This document shows positions 61,778 to 64,000 of a stretch of DNA of 64,000 nt, one piece after another. The notes under the pieces are model-generated. The model was given only the letters and a program-made list of their open reading frames with translations, had not been told where the DNA came from and made no database searches. The position numbers and the translations under genes were made by a program. This DNA comes from Octopus vulgaris (taxonomy: Eukaryota), in assembly GCA_951406725.2 (NCBI GenBank), contig OX597815.1, forward strand, positions 138,756,001 through 138,820,000, given 5' to 3'. Every line of letters starts with the position of its first letter. Within the stretch, counting starts at the first letter, position 1.

Positions 61778-62203
61778 TAAATAATTTAGCCAAACCTGCC
61801 TGTATCCTAAAAATTATGATAATTTAGAACTGCGTCTCACCAACAAATATATAAATATTCTCGACAAATATAACCAGTAGGTATTCAAGTTTAATATGAA
61901 CTGGGAAATCATCTAGTGGTTGTCGGTACTACACTCAAACTAGGTTTAGGAAGTAGCGCGGGTGTGGTTTCAGCTATAATAGAATTACTCGATGAGTAAA
62001 TCCTTGAAGTTTGCAAACCGTCATTGATTCCTTCCAAATTTCTAGAACGAGCTGTTCAACAGCAAAAAGGAATTTTTCATAGAAAAGCTTCCTAATGCTG
62101 ATAAAAGTATATGGTTTTCAAGTACAAAAAAATCCCTTCAGCAGCATGCCAATGATTTTTTTTTATCTATAGCTAGTGATTTCGCATATTTATCAACCAT
62201 TTC

Positions 62204-62544
62204 AGGCGGCGAGCTGTCAGAAACGTTAGCACGTCGGGCGAAATGCTGAGCGGTATTTCGTCTGCCGCTACGCTCTGAGTTCAAATTCCGCCGAGGTCGA
62301 TATAATCGACTTAATCCGTGTGTCTGTCCTTGTTTGTCCCCTCTGTGTTTAGCCCATTGTGGGTAGTAAAGAAATAGGCATTTCGTTTGACTTTACGTTC
62401 TGAGTTCAAATTCCGCCGAGGTCGACTTTGCCTTTCATCCTTTCGAGGTCGATAAATTAAGTACCAATTGCATCCTAGACTCGATCTAATCGACTGGGCC
62501 CATCCTGCCAAAATTTTGGCCTTGTGCCTAGAGTAGAAAAGAAA
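62204..62544 (+). mobile_element. SINE dimer: 62204-62376 full head, internal deletion, LINE-type tail; 62377-62544 headless with ordinary tail
   Basis: Junction ...gtgggtagtaaagaaata|ggcatttcg; near-TSD tt(t/c)atcaa(c/a)catttc at 62189-62203 and 62545-62559. Confidence 0.85.
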
Positions 62545-63587
62545 TTCATCAAACATTTCGAATAGTTACTCTTTTATCGGCTAGCCATGGTATTTCACTA
62601 GCATTATTCTTAAGTTCTTATTTCTGCATTTTTACCTCGAGTTAGCTCTGAGCTGATGACTATATCGCTTTCTTAAGACCGTAGACTGATGGAAAGATGG
62701 AAAACTTTTCTGGTAAGTCGATCGAGCGCCTAAAGTAACCTCATTGCTTTATATTTCTAAACATTTTTGGTGATGTTTTGAAATCTCAAACAACTTTTTT
62801 TGTTTCCCTCGATAGCAACACTACCACGCAGCGACCGAATCATTTGCAATTGAATATTTCGTGCAATTTTCTGCTACTATAGGGCCAAATCTGCATTGGT
62901 GTTTCTCCTGATTCTCTCTTCGACAATACAATCCTGATACTCGATCCTAAAAAAATTAGCTTTGAAACAACACATCTTTAAACGACAAGGCACTGATTTT
63001 TCTTTAACACATCTTGAGTAAGTACTAAACACATTGGCAGATCATTACTTCATACATATGCAACCACCACCAATTAAATAAGCTACAAACCAAGAGAAAC
63101 TCAGAGTAAATCAATTACATTTGTGTATCAGTCCTGGTGAACATTCAGCGTAGTTGATGGCAATCCCGACTGGTTAATAACCCTCAGATTTTTTTGTTTT
63201 AACGTTATCGTTTATAGGTAAGATAAGAGGCAAATTTAACACTAAGATTATTCGAACTCAGAAGGCAAAGATTTGCAACGAAATGCATTGAGTAATGCTC
63301 CTCCATATTATACAGATTTTGTTATACCCAACACTTCTCAGCAAAGTCCGTCAGTAAATTGAATGTGTTTTATTTAATACTGAATTTCAGCGAGGTGTTA
63401 CATTTAACAGAAAAAGCTACTTCACAATGCTATAGATGTACTTCTTGAGGAAAAAAGCATCTTATAACACCATTATATAATGATTGATGTAAAAAAAGTA
63501 TGAAACTAACTGATTCATATATCTGTATACGAGTCTTCTGCAAAGTATGAAATACACATAGATGAAGACAGTCAAAAGAATTTTTAT

Positions 63588-63787
63588 TATACATACATAT
63601 ATGCATACACACACACACACACACGCACATACACACATATACATACATACATGTACGTGTGTGCGTGTAGGTACATATGTATGTACGCATAGCTATACAT
63701 ACGTACATATATATATAACATAAATCATAATGTATATTATAGATATGCATATGTGTGTACGTGTGTGCGTGATATGCATGTGTGTGT
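63588..63787. repeat. Degenerate (AC)/(AT)/(GT) simple repeat
   Basis: Direct inspection. Confidence 0.85.
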
Positions 63788-64000
63788 TATTCGTCTTCTA
63801 TTAAAGCAACATTCTTTTCATTGGATTCAGGCATATCAAATTCATAAACACTACATATAGGATTTTACCAAGTATCATTGTGGCTCTCTGGACCATACGC
63901 TAGCTGAAGCCACCAAATGTATCTTTGTACTCTAATACGATGCTTAAAAGTTCGGAAAGCTAGAAGAGAAACTGATAGCTCCCACTGAAAAGAAAACAAA

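Noticed and set aside
1-64000. Telomeric location, suggested by the HeT-A analogy
   Set aside because: There are no (TTAGGG)n tracts, and ordinary sequence continues on both sides of the array.

Overview
AT-rich, microsatellite-rich eukaryotic DNA with no recognisable host-gene exon. The SINE sequences suggest Octopus; this is inferred from recalled repeat sequence, not from a search. The window is dominated by a ~30 kb minus-strand retroelement complex. It contains one near-intact L1/Tx1-type LINE (7575-12821; ORF1 with a CCHC knuckle, ORF2 with APE, RT and a C-terminal zinc finger; 12-bp TSD). Directly upstream lie 14 head-to-tail copies of a ~1.75 kb element (12835-37409) that encodes only a ~472-aa ORF1/Gag-like protein, has no RT, and shares the LINE's 3' terminus. 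The whole complex splits a decayed ORF1 of a third, related element, whose halves lie at ~7260-7574 and ~37407-37482. That fragment appears to sit inside a Helitron-like element. A tRNA-derived SINE variant with the same 3' tail (1040-1600, 62204-62544) also forms multimers, always joined at the same position of another SINE. Together these suggest a site-targeting, array-building LINE / ORF1-only / SINE system. The rest of the window holds SINEs, decayed CR1-like, Penelope-like and mariner remnants, and simple repeats.
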